Below are positions 32,285 through 42,084 of a stretch of 64,000 bases of DNA, one piece after another (positions within the stretch are counted from its first letter, which is position 1; each line of letters opens with the position of its first letter). The notes under the pieces are model-generated. The model saw nothing but the letters and a program-made list of their open reading frames with translations. It was not told where the DNA came from and searched no databases. Position numbers and translations under genes: made by a program. Source of the stretch: Candidatus Marinacidobacterales bacterium (GTDB lineage Bacteria > Acidobacteriota > Vicinamibacteria > Marinacidobacterales > SMYC01); assembly GCA_965224085.1 (NCBI GenBank), contig CBDCYI010000005.1, positions 2,112,001 to 2,176,000 on the forward strand. The letters run 5' to 3'.

Positions 32285-32584
32285 CTACCCATGAGGACTT
32301 TTAGGGTTGAGAAGACTCGAGCGCGATGACGCGCGTGCACGGCGGATAAACCGATGAGAGTTAACGAATACACGAAAACAGTATTGGCACTGGTCGAGAT
32401 GAGATATTAACCGCTCACGGTCGCTCGCATCTCCAAGGTTCCAACCGTCCCAACCATCAATGAGCTGGGCGAGCGCTTCCGCGTCAGGGCAGCGCGTGGG
32501 TTCGAGGATTGTGCGCCGCCGTGTCACGCTAGCTCGCGAGGTCTTTCGTGCCGTGCCACAATGTTCATCGGGACATCCTCCCAA
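32285..32584 (-). CDS. Short zf-HC2 anti-sigma-like protein
   Basis: CPDAEALAQLIDG...HLDQCQYC; lies directly downstream of the sigma factor. Confidence 0.6.
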   Translation of the reverse strand: MGGCPDEHCGTARKTSRASVTRRRTILEPTRCPDAEALAQLIDGWDGWNLGDASDRERLISHLDQCQYCFRVFVNSHRFIRRARASSRSSLLNPKSPHG

Positions 32585-32621
32585 TTTTCACGTCCAATAG
32601 GCCTTTCAGGTATCGTCTCGG

Positions 32622-33455
32622 TTAGACGGACAACGGCGCGCGATTCGGCACGTCTGGGAAAATGGTCTCCAGATCTATCGCTAGCTCAGAGCGGCCTATC
32701 AAGGACTCGAGCGTCTCCCAACGGACCCCGGCTTGCTCCAGCCGGCAACGGATCCGCTTCAGCAACCTGGTGATGCGGGCGTAGATGGTCTTCGGTTTGA
32801 GGTTCACCAAGTTCGCGATTTCCGGCACGCTCAGCCCTTCATCGAAACGCATCTTGAGGAGCAATCGGTCCTCCGAGGAGAGATCCCCGGTCGCGTCTTT
32901 GAGTTGCGACTCCAGCTCACCGAGGAGGCCTGCGGCCTCGTGGCGATCGCAATCGTCTACGTAGCGCGTGGTTGCCAGCCGGGCCAGCACTTCTTCGTCA
33001 ACGCAAAAGAATCGCTCACGACGGGGAAGCTTTCCCGCGAGCTCCCATAGCTCGTCTTTTGTGCGGTCGCATTCGGTGCTCGTCAAGAGAATTTCCCGCG
33101 CTTGGTGGAAGTCGAAACCGTCCCGGTACAAGAGGGTCTCGAGCTTCATCGCGACCGTCCCGAGCTTCCGTGCCACCGTCGAGGGGCGCCATTTTCCCCA
33201 CTTCTGTGTGCGGAAATCTAGAAAGAGACGCTGCACAACGACCGTTAAATAGGTCTTGAACTGGCTCTCGCCCCGGAACTTCCTGATCCGGGCATAGTCG
33301 TTCTCGACGAGCTTGAACATCGTGAACGACGCGAAATCCTCCCGATCCTCGGACGTCAGGCGATGACGCCGCGAGATATAGCCGAGAATTTCTCCGACAC
33401 ACAAGTAGTGTGTTTCGAATAGTTTGCGACCTCCGCCGCGTTTATTCCTCTGCAT
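32622..33455 (-). CDS. ECF-type sigma-70 factor
   Basis: Region 2 (EDFAS..FKLVENDYARIRKFRG..FKTYL) and region 4 (LSSEDRLLLKMRFDEGLSVPEIA). Confidence 0.85.
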   Translation of the reverse strand: MQRNKRGGGRKLFETHYLCVGEILGYISRRHRLTSEDREDFASFTMFKLVENDYARIRKFRGESQFKTYLTVVVQRLFLDFRTQKWGKWRPSTVARKLGTVAMKLETLLYRDGFDFHQAREILLTSTECDRTKDELWELAGKLPRRERFFCVDEEVLARLATTRYVDDCDRHEAAGLLGELESQLKDATGDLSSEDRLLLKMRFDEGLSVPEIANLVNLKPKTIYARITRLLKRIRCRLEQAGVRWETLESLIGRSELAIDLETIFPDVPNRAPLSV

Positions 33456-33626
33456 ATCGACGCCTCCGCACTCCCGAAACTATGGCCTTTTACTGGTGTC
33501 AACGCTGGGGGGGCTGAAACCGAACAGCTAAAAGCTTTTTTTTCCAAAAAAAAAGCGCCGGAGCGCGGCCAGGTCGAGGTTGAGCGAAGCCAAGCTAGGG
33601 GCCCTGACCCTAGACAGTTGTATTGT

Positions 33627-34736
33627 TTAGAGCAGTCTTTGATAGAGGGATTCGTATTGCGGGATGATTTTCTGGCGATCGAACTCGGAGCCGGCGCGCT
33701 CGCGAGAAGCCTCGGCGAAACGTGCATGTTTGGCGTCGTCCGCAAGCAGCTCGATGGCGGCATCAGCCATCGCACGGACTTCGCCGACCGGGAGCAGATA
33801 GCCCGTTTCACCGTGAAGGACCACTTCGGGAAGCCCGCCCACGCGAGCGCCCACGACGGGCACATTGCAGTTCATCGCCTCGAGCGCCACGAGGCCAAAG
33901 CTCTCCTGCTCGCTCGGAAGAAGAAAGAGGTCCACCGCGGTCAGAAGAGTCTCCAAGTATTGCTGCTCGCCGAGAAAGTGAACGTGCTCGGTGAGGCCGA
34001 GCTCTTTGACGAGCTGGCGAACGAAGAGCCGCTCCGGCCCTTCGCCCACGAGCAGAAGCTTGGCCGGAAGCTCGCGGCAGACGAGCTCGAAAACACGAAC
34101 AACGTCGCTGACGCGCTTCACGGGGCGGAAGTTCGAAGCGTGCATCAAGATCTTCTCGCCGTTCGGCGCCCAACGTTCGCGACCGCAATCCGGACCATTC
34201 CCGCGGGTGGTGTCGATGAAGTTGTAAATGACGTCGATGGATCGTTCGAGAGAAAATTCCTTGATCGTTCTCCTTTTGAGATATTGCGAAACGGCCGTCA
34301 CCGCATCGGAGACTTGCATCGCGAAACGCGTGACGCGATGAAACGATTCGTCCGTACCGACGAGCGTGATGTCCGTCCCGTGGAGGGTCGTCACGATCTT
34401 GGGCGCCCCGTCGCCAATAATCTCCCTCGCGAGGAAAGCACTCACCGCGTGCGGCACGGCGTAATGCGCGTGGATCACGTCGAGGTGCTCGTCCGAAGCG
34501 ACCTCGGCCAGCTTCGTCGCGAGGCCGAGCGTGTAAGGCGGGTATTTGAATAGTGGATAGCTCGCGACCTCGACTTCGTGGACAACCACGTTCGGGTTGA
34601 AAGCCCGCAGCCGAAAGGGAACGGAGTAGCTGACAATATGCACGGTGTGGTCCCGCTCGGCGAGGCCGAGCGCGAGCTCTGAGGCGACGACACCGCTTCC
34701 GCCTTGTGAGGGATAGCAAACAATAGCGATGCGCAT
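33627..34736 (-). CDS. bshA: N-acetyl-alpha-D-glucosaminyl L-malate synthase (GT4)
   Basis: [45 protein letters not shown] and [11 protein letters not shown]. Confidence 0.9.
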   Translation of the reverse strand: MRIAIVCYPSQGGSGVVASELALGLAERDHTVHIVSYSVPFRLRAFNPNVVVHEVEVASYPLFKYPPYTLGLATKLAEVASDEHLDVIHAHYAVPHAVSAFLAREIIGDGAPKIVTTLHGTDITLVGTDESFHRVTRFAMQVSDAVTAVSQYLKRRTIKEFSLERSIDVIYNFIDTTRGNGPDCGRERWAPNGEKILMHASNFRPVKRVSDVVRVFELVCRELPAKLLLVGEGPERLFVRQLVKELGLTEHVHFLGEQQYLETLLTAVDLFLLPSEQESFGLVALEAMNCNVPVVGARVGGLPEVVLHGETGYLLPVGEVRAMADAAIELLADDAKHARFAEASRERAGSEFDRQKIIPQYESLYQRLL

Positions 34737-35461
34737 CACGTGATCCGCGTGAAAGGCCGGTCGAAAAACGCGACCGGATCCGCGACCTTCATGGCTTCGC
34801 GTAGGTAGAAACCTTCGCCGAAATCGGTGTCGATGAGCGCGCCGTGATAGCGATCCAGCGCTTCGACACGATCGAGAAAGCTCGGGTGACTGATATAGGT
34901 CGTTGGGGCCGCCTCGTCCTCGTTGTGAAGCTGCGAGGCATAGGCGCGCACGGCGCGCATCTTGTCCTCATGGTACGGCGTGATATCCACAATGAAAGAA
35001 GGCGCTATCTTGTGAGGCACGAGGTAGTAAATCACACAATGCGGACGGTGCGGCTCTCCATCCGCTTCGAGCTTCTGAAGCCCCGCAAGGTAGGCCCCCT
35101 CGGCGACCAGAGTACCGGACGCCGTATGATCCGGATGATTGTTCTCGGGGTAGTTTGTAAATACAAGCTTGGGTCGATGTTCGCGAATCGCCTCCGCGAC
35201 GGCGCGCTTCGTCTCGTCGTTCACGGTGAGACGACCGTCTCCAAGATCGAGCGATCGCCGCAGCGAGACGTTGAGAACCTCCGCGGCCTGGCGCGCTTCC
35301 GCAGCCCGAAGCTCGGGAGTCCCGCGCGTACCCATCTCTCCAGAGGTGAGATCGATAATCCCCGTCCGATAACCAAGCGCCGCCAACTTGAGCATCGTCC
35401 CCCCCATACAAAGCTCGACATCGTCGGGATGCGGCCCAAAAGCTAGAACATCAAGAGGCAT
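34736..35461 (-). CDS. bshB1: Bacillithiol biosynthesis deacetylase (LmbE/PIG-L)
   Basis: PHPDDVEL, GEMGTRGT, HPDH and AYASQ motifs; coupled to bshA. Confidence 0.88.
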   Translation of the reverse strand: MPLDVLAFGPHPDDVELCMGGTMLKLAALGYRTGIIDLTSGEMGTRGTPELRAAEARQAAEVLNVSLRRSLDLGDGRLTVNDETKRAVAEAIREHRPKLVFTNYPENNHPDHTASGTLVAEGAYLAGLQKLEADGEPHRPHCVIYYLVPHKIAPSFIVDITPYHEDKMRAVRAYASQLHNEDEAAPTTYISHPSFLDRVEALDRYHGALIDTDFGEGFYLREAMKVADPVAFFDRPFTRIT

Positions 35462-35625
35462 GTCCGCAGTGTACTTCAGGCGGCGGCGAAGGGGCGTTGT
35501 CGGACCTACGGCGGGTGATGGAGAACAGAGAGAACTCTTCCACTCCGATCGCCGCTGGCCAGACGTCGCCAATAAAGCGCGCTCCCCAAAGCTTCTCGAA
35601 AGGGCGCCTATACTGCCACAATATT

Positions 35626-35639
35626 ATGATATATATCAT
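35626..35639. promoter_or_regulatory. Perfect 14-bp palindrome, candidate TA operator
   Basis: ATGATATATATCAT lies just upstream of the antitoxin start. Confidence 0.5.
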
Positions 35640-35653
35640 GGTAGAATTCAGTG

Positions 35654-35917
35654 ATGGTTACTATGACAAACAATCTGCACGTGCCGTTGCCTGCCGATTT
35701 GAACGACGAGCTACGGACAGAAGCCGAGCGCTCCGGTCGGCCGGCGACCGAGATTGCGAGAGAGGCAATTCGGCTATTTCTGCGTCAGTGTCGCCGCCAG
35801 GCTCTGCACGAAGAGATCGCTGCCTACGCACGGAGCGTCGCCGGCACCGCGGCTGATCTAGATCCCGCGCTCGAGGATTCCGCGCTCGAGGTTATCGACT
35901 CACTAGACGAGACGTGA
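35654..35917 (+). CDS. RHH-type antitoxin
   Basis: LHVPLP..L..EL..EAERSG...TEIAREAI; acidic C-terminus; overlaps the toxin start. Confidence 0.75.
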   Translation: MVTMTNNLHVPLPADLNDELRTEAERSGRPATEIAREAIRLFLRQCRRQALHEEIAAYARSVAGTAADLDPALEDSALEVIDSLDET

Positions 35918-36261
35918 GGCGCGGAGAGGTTTATCGAGCGGAGCTCCGCCCGCGGTCGGGATCAGAACAGCGAGGCACGCGTCCAGTGATCGTGGTTTCT
36001 CACGACGGTTTCAACGAAGTCGATACGTGGCGCTCGATCATCATTGTTCCCGTGTCCACCTCGGCAAAGCAAGCCGTACGGAGTGCAACCGCTGTGCCGC
36101 TGCCAAAAGGCGCCGGGGGCCTCTCCCAGGATAGTGTTGCGCTTTGTCACCAAGTCACCACCCTCGACCGAGCGAAGTTAGTCAAGAGGCTTGGCTCATT
36201 GGCATCCGACGATTTGACCCGCGTCGCGCTCGGCCTGAAAGCCTCGCTCGATCTGGACTAA
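35914..36261 (+). CDS. mazF: PemK/MazF-family toxin
   Basis: RRGEVY, GSEQRGTRPVIVVS, VPVST and CHQVTTLD motifs. Confidence 0.9.
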   Translation: MRRGEVYRAELRPRSGSEQRGTRPVIVVSHDGFNEVDTWRSIIIVPVSTSAKQAVRSATAVPLPKGAGGLSQDSVALCHQVTTLDRAKLVKRLGSLASDDLTRVALGLKASLDLD

Positions 36262-36290
36262 AGGGATCGGTGGGCCGCGCGCTGGGGATG

Positions 36291-38183
36291 GTCGAGTAGC
36301 TCAGCCATTCGGCTTTCGCCCTCACAGATCCGAGCGTGCGGCTTTCCCGCACTCGGCTCCTCCTGAAGGTATACCCGAAATCAGACAAGGCAAGGTAGTC
36401 GGGACGGAGTGAGGTGAGGGACTGGTAGGGGAAAGCGCTCCAACAACAAGTGAAAACGAGGCCAGGTCATTCGGCGCTGACTCCGCCGACGAAGGCTTCG
36501 AAACCACAACCGTGTCACCTCCTCAGAAAAGGATTGGAGAGAGCGGATGTTGCTGGGAAGTCCGTAGTACGCGTAGTGACCGCGCAGCACCTGGCAAAGC
36601 CAGCGATGCTGGACGGCGACTGGAGCATGCATACGTTGCTTCGCGCGAAGCCGTAGCGACTTGAGTTTGGCTCGTAGCCGCTGGCTCTGCGTTTTGCGCT
36701 TCACGACGAAACGGCCATCGCGGGTTCTCCCACAATAATGAGTGAAACCCAGGAAAGCGAACGTCGCACACCGCCAAAGGCCCCGTTGCTCGCGTGACAA
36801 GGAAGGTAATCTCCCGAACTCGAGCAAACGGGTCTTGTTCTCGTGGAGCGCAAGCCCGAATCGGGCTAGTCGCTCCTTGAGCGCTCTCATCATCCTGCTG
36901 GCATCGGTCCGATGCTGGAAGCCCATGACGAAGTCGTCAGCGTATCGCACGATGGAAATACGGCCTTGTGCTTCGAGCCGGCGCCATCGATGAACCCACA
37001 GATCTAGAACGTAGTGCAGAAAGACGTTAGCCAAGAGCGGGCTCACACCTGCCCCTTGCGGTGTCCCTTCAGTTGTCTCGCTCCACTCTCCTTTCTCCAG
37101 CACGCCGGCTCGCAACCACTGACGGATGAGTCGAAGGATGCGTTTGTCGGCGACCCGGTGCGAAAGCATCCGCATCAACCACTCGTGGTCCACCGAGTCG
37201 AAGAACTTGCGGATGTCCGCGTCGAGAACCCAGTTCACGCGTTGCGTCATGAGCGCGGTGTGGAGCGCGTGCAACGCTTGGTGCGGGCTCCGTCCGGGCC
37301 GAAACCCGTACGAGAACCCGATGAAATCGACTTCGTAGACGGCGCTCAAAACCTCGGCTACCGCTCCTTGGACAATCTTGTCTTCCAGTGCGGGGATGCC
37401 AAGAGGGCGCTTTCCGCCATCCGACTTAGGAATGTACACGCGCCGCACCGGTAGTGGTCGGTAGCGACCGGCGTGTACCCGCGAGCAAAGATCCTTGATG
37501 TTGCTCACGAAGTTCTTCTCGTAATCGGCGACAGTCTCTCCGTCGACACCAGCGCTTGCGCTGCGCTTCAACCGACGAAACGCTCGATAGAGCGCTTCGT
37601 GATCCACGTGATGCAGCAACGCAGTGAACCGAGCCTTTCTATCTCGCTTCGCTGCTTCGTTCACCCGCGTGAGATTTGGCGGTAAGGCGACCCGGCGCTG
37701 TGTCCGGACCTTAGCCCTCTCCCGTGGGTTCCCTCCAGGCCGATCCCTTCCCTCCACCATCTCGTTGCCTTCGATAGCTTCCTCAGTACTATGAATCGGT
37801 CCGACTTCCGGCCTCAGCTCAGCACCGCGCTTCGGTTTTCCCTTGCGCGACGCCCCCATCGGTGACCATTCCGATGGACCCGGCCGGACCTCCTGGGTCC
37901 CGAAAGGAACTCTTCGTACGTGATGTGGTCCACGACCCCGGCGGAGCGTAACCATCTCGCGATAGCGATGGCCCACATGCTGCCTTCATTGACGGGAATC
38001 AACTCGGCCTTCCGCGATATTCAGCATTTCGAGGCTACATTCACACACCCTGCACGACCCCTGTCTACGCTTCGGACCCCGCGTTGCCACGACGCCCGCA
38101 AGACTCGGTCCCGACCTGTCCGCTACGACTTTTGGTCGGATTGGACTTCCACCCATAGGCTCCTTTCAGTTAGCCCAGCGCAC
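36291..38183 (-). mobile_element. Group II intron A, copy 1 (complete, 1893 nt)
   Basis: 5' GTGCG at 38183; DV GAGCCGAGTGCGGGAAAGCCGCACGCTCGGATC; DVI ending CTACTCGAC at 36291; RT ORF inside. Confidence 0.92.
36381..37760 (-). CDS. ltrA: Group II intron reverse transcriptase/maturase, no endonuclease domain
   Basis: RPLGIP, SYGFRPGR, GTPQG, RYADD, FLGF and maturase VLRGHYAYY. The start codon is uncertain. Confidence 0.92.
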   Translation of the reverse strand: MVEGRDRPGGNPRERAKVRTQRRVALPPNLTRVNEAAKRDRKARFTALLHHVDHEALYRAFRRLKRSASAGVDGETVADYEKNFVSNIKDLCSRVHAGRYRPLPVRRVYIPKSDGGKRPLGIPALEDKIVQGAVAEVLSAVYEVDFIGFSYGFRPGRSPHQALHALHTALMTQRVNWVLDADIRKFFDSVDHEWLMRMLSHRVADKRILRLIRQWLRAGVLEKGEWSETTEGTPQGAGVSPLLANVFLHYVLDLWVHRWRRLEAQGRISIVRYADDFVMGFQHRTDASRMMRALKERLARFGLALHENKTRLLEFGRLPSLSREQRGLWRCATFAFLGFTHYCGRTRDGRFVVKRKTQSQRLRAKLKSLRLRAKQRMHAPVAVQHRWLCQVLRGHYAYYGLPSNIRSLQSFSEEVTRLWFRSLRRRSQRRMTWPRFHLLLERFPLPVPHLTPSRLPCLV

Positions 38184-39629
38184 TCCCGGCCGCTGTTGAA
38201 TTTGGTCGGGTAGCGGCGGCACCTGTGAATACTCTTAGGCAGCAAACTCATCGCTGTCAAGAGATTTCTGTTTGCTTCTAAGCGCGTGAACGAGAGCGCC
38301 CATATGGCGATAGCCTTTGATACGCCGGAACTTCTTCTCCGCCGTGACGACGCCGAGAGCGGTCCATCGGCGAACCATCGAAGGACTCTTCCAACGCTTG
38401 ACGTTTCTCGATACTCTTCGAATGGTTCCGTTGAGATTCTCAATGGCGTTCGTCGTGGCAAGAGACTGGCGAAGTAACTCGGGCAGAGCGAGCTTCACGA
38501 CCGTGAGCGTCTCTTCCATCCCTTCGCGAAGGCTTCCGGCAGCTTCATCGTGGCTGTTTCGCTCGAGCCACGACACCAATGCCTGAAGTCGCTTGCGCGC
38601 CTTGTCGGCACTCTTGCACTTGTAGGCTTTCTTCATCGTCTGGAGCACGTAGGCGTGACGAGACTTGGGAAGGTACGAGCGAAGATTTCGGAGTTTATGG
38701 ATCTGGCACCTTTGGATGACCGCGAGATCCCCCAACACGTCGACGAGTGCCTTGCGGATACCTTTGCCTCCGTCCACTACACAGAGAATCGACTCATCGA
38801 CGCGCAAGCCTCGCTCGAGAAGGTCCTGCAACATCGCGGTGCACACCCGAGAGTTTTCCGTCGAGCCCAGCCATATACCCAGGGGCACCTTCGTTCCATC
38901 TATTGTGATACCGAGAGTTACGACGACGGTCTGGCCGGCCACCTCAAGGCCATCCATCATCAGTGCCGCAAGTTCGTACTCCTCTAGCCGCCGAGACAGG
39001 TATTGCTCGAGCTTCTTCGTCGTCTGGCTCACGAGGTGACGGCTGGCGGCACTCTTGCTCGTGCCACGAGACTTCAACTTGGCCGCGGGTTTGTCCAGAC
39101 TCCGTTCGTAATTTCGGGTCGATACCCCCACCAAGATCTGATTCAACACTCGCTCTGGAAGCGGGTCTTCTTCGCGGAAGGCTTCGAAGTGTGGAAGCGA
39201 CGCCTCCTCACCAGACTTCGAACGCACTCGAGGTCGCGACACTTGGATGCGACGACCACCGAAGCTCAGCTCTCCGTTCGTGCTCCCCCAGTGGTTATGA
39301 GTTCGCTCCTTCTCGTGCTTGCCCTTGAGCCCCGCGACCTCCTCGGCGTCCTCTCTGAGCAGTAGGTGCAGAGCTGTCAGTCCTTGCTCGTACACCCATT
39401 CCGTCAGATCCGCCTTCGTGGCCGCGATCCCAGCTATCATCGGTAGCAGTATCTGACCGGCTTGGCCAACTACCTTGCCCGTAGGCGAGTGCGTTTGCTT
39501 TCTTACTGGCTTCTTTGATTTCCTAGGCATTGGTGGCTCCTTGTCCCCCTCTGGAGACGGTTGTTTGGCAGACCTATTCTTAGGCCGGCCAAGGAGCCGC
39601 CGCTACCCCAAATTCAACAGCGGCCGGGA
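38184..39629 (-). mobile_element. IS256-family element core; both IR tips cut off by intron insertions
   Basis: IRs 38184-38220 and 39596-39629 (GCCGCCGCTACCC[GAC]CAAATTCAACAGCGGCCGGGA). The displaced left tip GGGGATG is at 36284-36290. Confidence 0.88.
38235..39530 (-). CDS. IS256-family (Mutator) transposase
   Basis: RPRVR, GVSTR, MDG, VVDGGKG, QRCQIHKLRN and TTNAIENLN motifs. Confidence 0.93.
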   Translation of the reverse strand: MPRKSKKPVRKQTHSPTGKVVGQAGQILLPMIAGIAATKADLTEWVYEQGLTALHLLLREDAEEVAGLKGKHEKERTHNHWGSTNGELSFGGRRIQVSRPRVRSKSGEEASLPHFEAFREEDPLPERVLNQILVGVSTRNYERSLDKPAAKLKSRGTSKSAASRHLVSQTTKKLEQYLSRRLEEYELAALMMDGLEVAGQTVVVTLGITIDGTKVPLGIWLGSTENSRVCTAMLQDLLERGLRVDESILCVVDGGKGIRKALVDVLGDLAVIQRCQIHKLRNLRSYLPKSRHAYVLQTMKKAYKCKSADKARKRLQALVSWLERNSHDEAAGSLREGMEETLTVVKLALPELLRQSLATTNAIENLNGTIRRVSRNVKRWKSPSMVRRWTALGVVTAEKKFRRIKGYRHMGALVHALRSKQKSLDSDEFAA

Positions 39630-40025
39630 GTGCGCTGGGCTAACTGAAAGGAGCCTATGGGTGGAAGTCCAATCCGACCAAAAGTCGTAGCGGACAGGTC
39701 GGGACCGAGTCTTGCGGGCGTCGTGGCAACGCGGGGTCCGAAGCGTAGACAGGGGTCGTGCAGGGTGTGTGAATGTAGCCTCGAAATGCTGAATATCGCG
39801 GAAGGCCGAGTTGATTCCCGTCAATGAAGGCAGCATGTGGGCCATCGCTATCGCGAGATGGTTACGCTCCGCCGGGGTCGTGGACCACATCACGTACGAA
39901 GAGTTCCTTTCGGGACCCAGGAGGTCCGGCCGGGTCCATCGGAATGGTCACCGATGGGGGCGTCGCGCAAGGGAAAACCGAAGCGCGGTGCTGAGCTGAG
40001 GCCGGAAGTCGGACCGATTCATAGT

Positions 40026-42058
40026 GTGTGCTGGGCAGCGTCCAGATCAGGAAGGTTGAAGTCCCTCTGGTGCTCGGATGAGGAGCGCCATATCCAAAAG
40101 CGGGGGTAACGCCTCGCTGGCCGGGGAACGCGGATAAGGAGAACCCTAAACGGGCACGAAGTTGGAAACGATGGCTACTGCCAAGGGGATGTACCTAAGT
40201 TCGGGTTCTGTCCACTGGACAACTGGAGGACAGGGTGTCCACCGCGAGGTGGAATCTGAAGGGTATGCGGAGCAGTACCGGGCCGTAATCGAGGGGGCGA
40301 CCCCGTTGATGAACCGGTCGGCCAAAGGTGGGGCAAGGTCGAGCCTGCACTATGGAGGCGAAGGCGTTCTCATTCACCCACCGAATCAAGGTGTTTGCGG
40401 ACGGCACGGTACGGAAGATCTGGACGTGACCCCAGGAGGGCTCATTGGGTTCCCGAGTGGCGTCGGGATAAGCGACCCTATAAGCGAGAGCGAAATGGGA
40501 AGTGAAGCCGGGTGAGTCGTCGGACAGCCCAATAGTACCTGAAGCGCGGTGAAAGTCGTGTGATCGAGAGATCGGCAGCCGAGTGGGCTGGGGAAGGGGG
40601 CTGGCAAAGGTGGTTGGTGACAACAAGGATGACAGACGAGTAAGGGCGATGACGCGGATAAGTTCCTTTAGTGAAAGACCCAGAAGTGATCGTCCGAGGA
40701 AACTGTCGGCCTGGTTGAACCCAACGGGTGAGAGGAAGGTCCACTCTCTGGTGGACAAGATATACAAGCGGAAGAACTTGGAGCTGGCCTGGAACCGAGT
40801 GAAGCGGAACAAGGGTGCCGGTGGCATCGATGGACAAACTCTGGACGAGTTTGAGGAGCAGCTTGATGCGCACCTCAACCGACTCCATGAGGAGCTCAAG
40901 ACCGATGCCTATCGTCCACTACCTGTTCGGCAGAAACTCATTCCCAAGGCTGGACAACCGGGAAAGTTCCGCCCGCTCGGCATTCCGGCCGTTTATGACC
41001 GCGTGTGTCAGCAGGCACTGCAGAACCGGTTGGAACCGATCTTCGAGCAGGTGTTCGATGCCGCCAGCTTCGGATATCGACGAGGAAGATCGACAAAGGA
41101 TGCTTTACGCAAGATCTGGCAAGAGATCGAAGAGGGTTACGAGTGGATCGTGGATGCGGATCTTTCCAATTTCTTTGGGACTGTGGACCATGAGAAGCTC
41201 CTCGCTCTTGTTGCCAAGCGAGTGTCGGATGGTCGCGTCCTTCGTCTTATTCGCAGCATGCTCAAAGCAGGCTGCATGGCGGAGGGGAGACGGCTCCCGA
41301 CCGAGCAAGGTGCACCGCAAGGCGGTGTGGTCTCACCGATCTTAAGTAACGTCCTTTTGACTCCGTTTGATCGGGAGATGCGCCATCGTGGCTATCGCCT
41401 GACGCGGTATGCCGACGACTGGGTCGTGACATGCTGCACCAAGGCAGAGGCCCAGAAGGTGCTGGCCGAAGCCCGGATGATCCTTACGACGTTGGGTGTA
41501 ACCTTGAACGTGGAGAAGACTCGTATCGTTCACGTTGCACACGGCTTCGAGTTCTTGGGATACAAGATCAAGCGGGGTAGTCGCCCTTTGGCCCTACCCT
41601 CACACAAGATCCGTACGGGTGTCCGCAAGGGTGACCTGTACGCGTACCCTCGACAGAAGTCGCTCCAGCACTTCAAGGATCAGATTCGGCGACGGACCTG
41701 TCGCAAAGCTCCTGTGAGTACGCAGCAGCTAATCGACGAGATCAACCCGGTTATTCGCGGTTGGGGTCTTTACTATCATAAAGCTCACGTCCGCAAGCTC
41801 TTCGCGCGTCTCGATCGTTGGATCCTGCGACGTATCTGGTCGCATCGGTTCAAACGCTGGCGCTGTCGGGGGTGGAAGCAGCTCCCGGAGCGTCAGCTCT
41901 ACGATGAGATGGGCCTCGTACGCTTTGTCTTCCTGATTCCTTCCATCAAGCCGCGATGAATAATCCAACCTTTGTGAAAGCCGGATACGGGAAAACTGTA
42001 TGTCCGGTTTGAGCGGCGGACGGGGGTCAGCGCTGCGGTGCGCCCCCTCCGACCCGAC
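40026..42058 (+). mobile_element. Group II intron B (complete, 2033 nt), nested in intron A
   Basis: 5' GTGTG; DV AAAGCCGGATACGGGAAAACTGTATGTCCGGTTT; 3' CCGACCCGAC. Removing it restores copy 1's CATAGT|ACTGAGG exactly. Confidence 0.92.
40583..41959 (+). CDS. ltrA: Group II intron reverse transcriptase/maturase (intron B)
   Basis: HSLVDKIY, NKGAGGIDG, RPLGIP, GAPQGG, RYADD and INPVIRGWGLYY. The true start may be downstream. Confidence 0.92.
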   Translation: MGWGRGLAKVVGDNKDDRRVRAMTRISSFSERPRSDRPRKLSAWLNPTGERKVHSLVDKIYKRKNLELAWNRVKRNKGAGGIDGQTLDEFEEQLDAHLNRLHEELKTDAYRPLPVRQKLIPKAGQPGKFRPLGIPAVYDRVCQQALQNRLEPIFEQVFDAASFGYRRGRSTKDALRKIWQEIEEGYEWIVDADLSNFFGTVDHEKLLALVAKRVSDGRVLRLIRSMLKAGCMAEGRRLPTEQGAPQGGVVSPILSNVLLTPFDREMRHRGYRLTRYADDWVVTCCTKAEAQKVLAEARMILTTLGVTLNVEKTRIVHVAHGFEFLGYKIKRGSRPLALPSHKIRTGVRKGDLYAYPRQKSLQHFKDQIRRRTCRKAPVSTQQLIDEINPVIRGWGLYYHKAHVRKLFARLDRWILRRIWSHRFKRWRCRGWKQLPERQLYDEMGLVRFVFLIPSIKPR

Positions 42059-42084
42059 ACTGAGGAAGCTATCGAAGGCAACGA

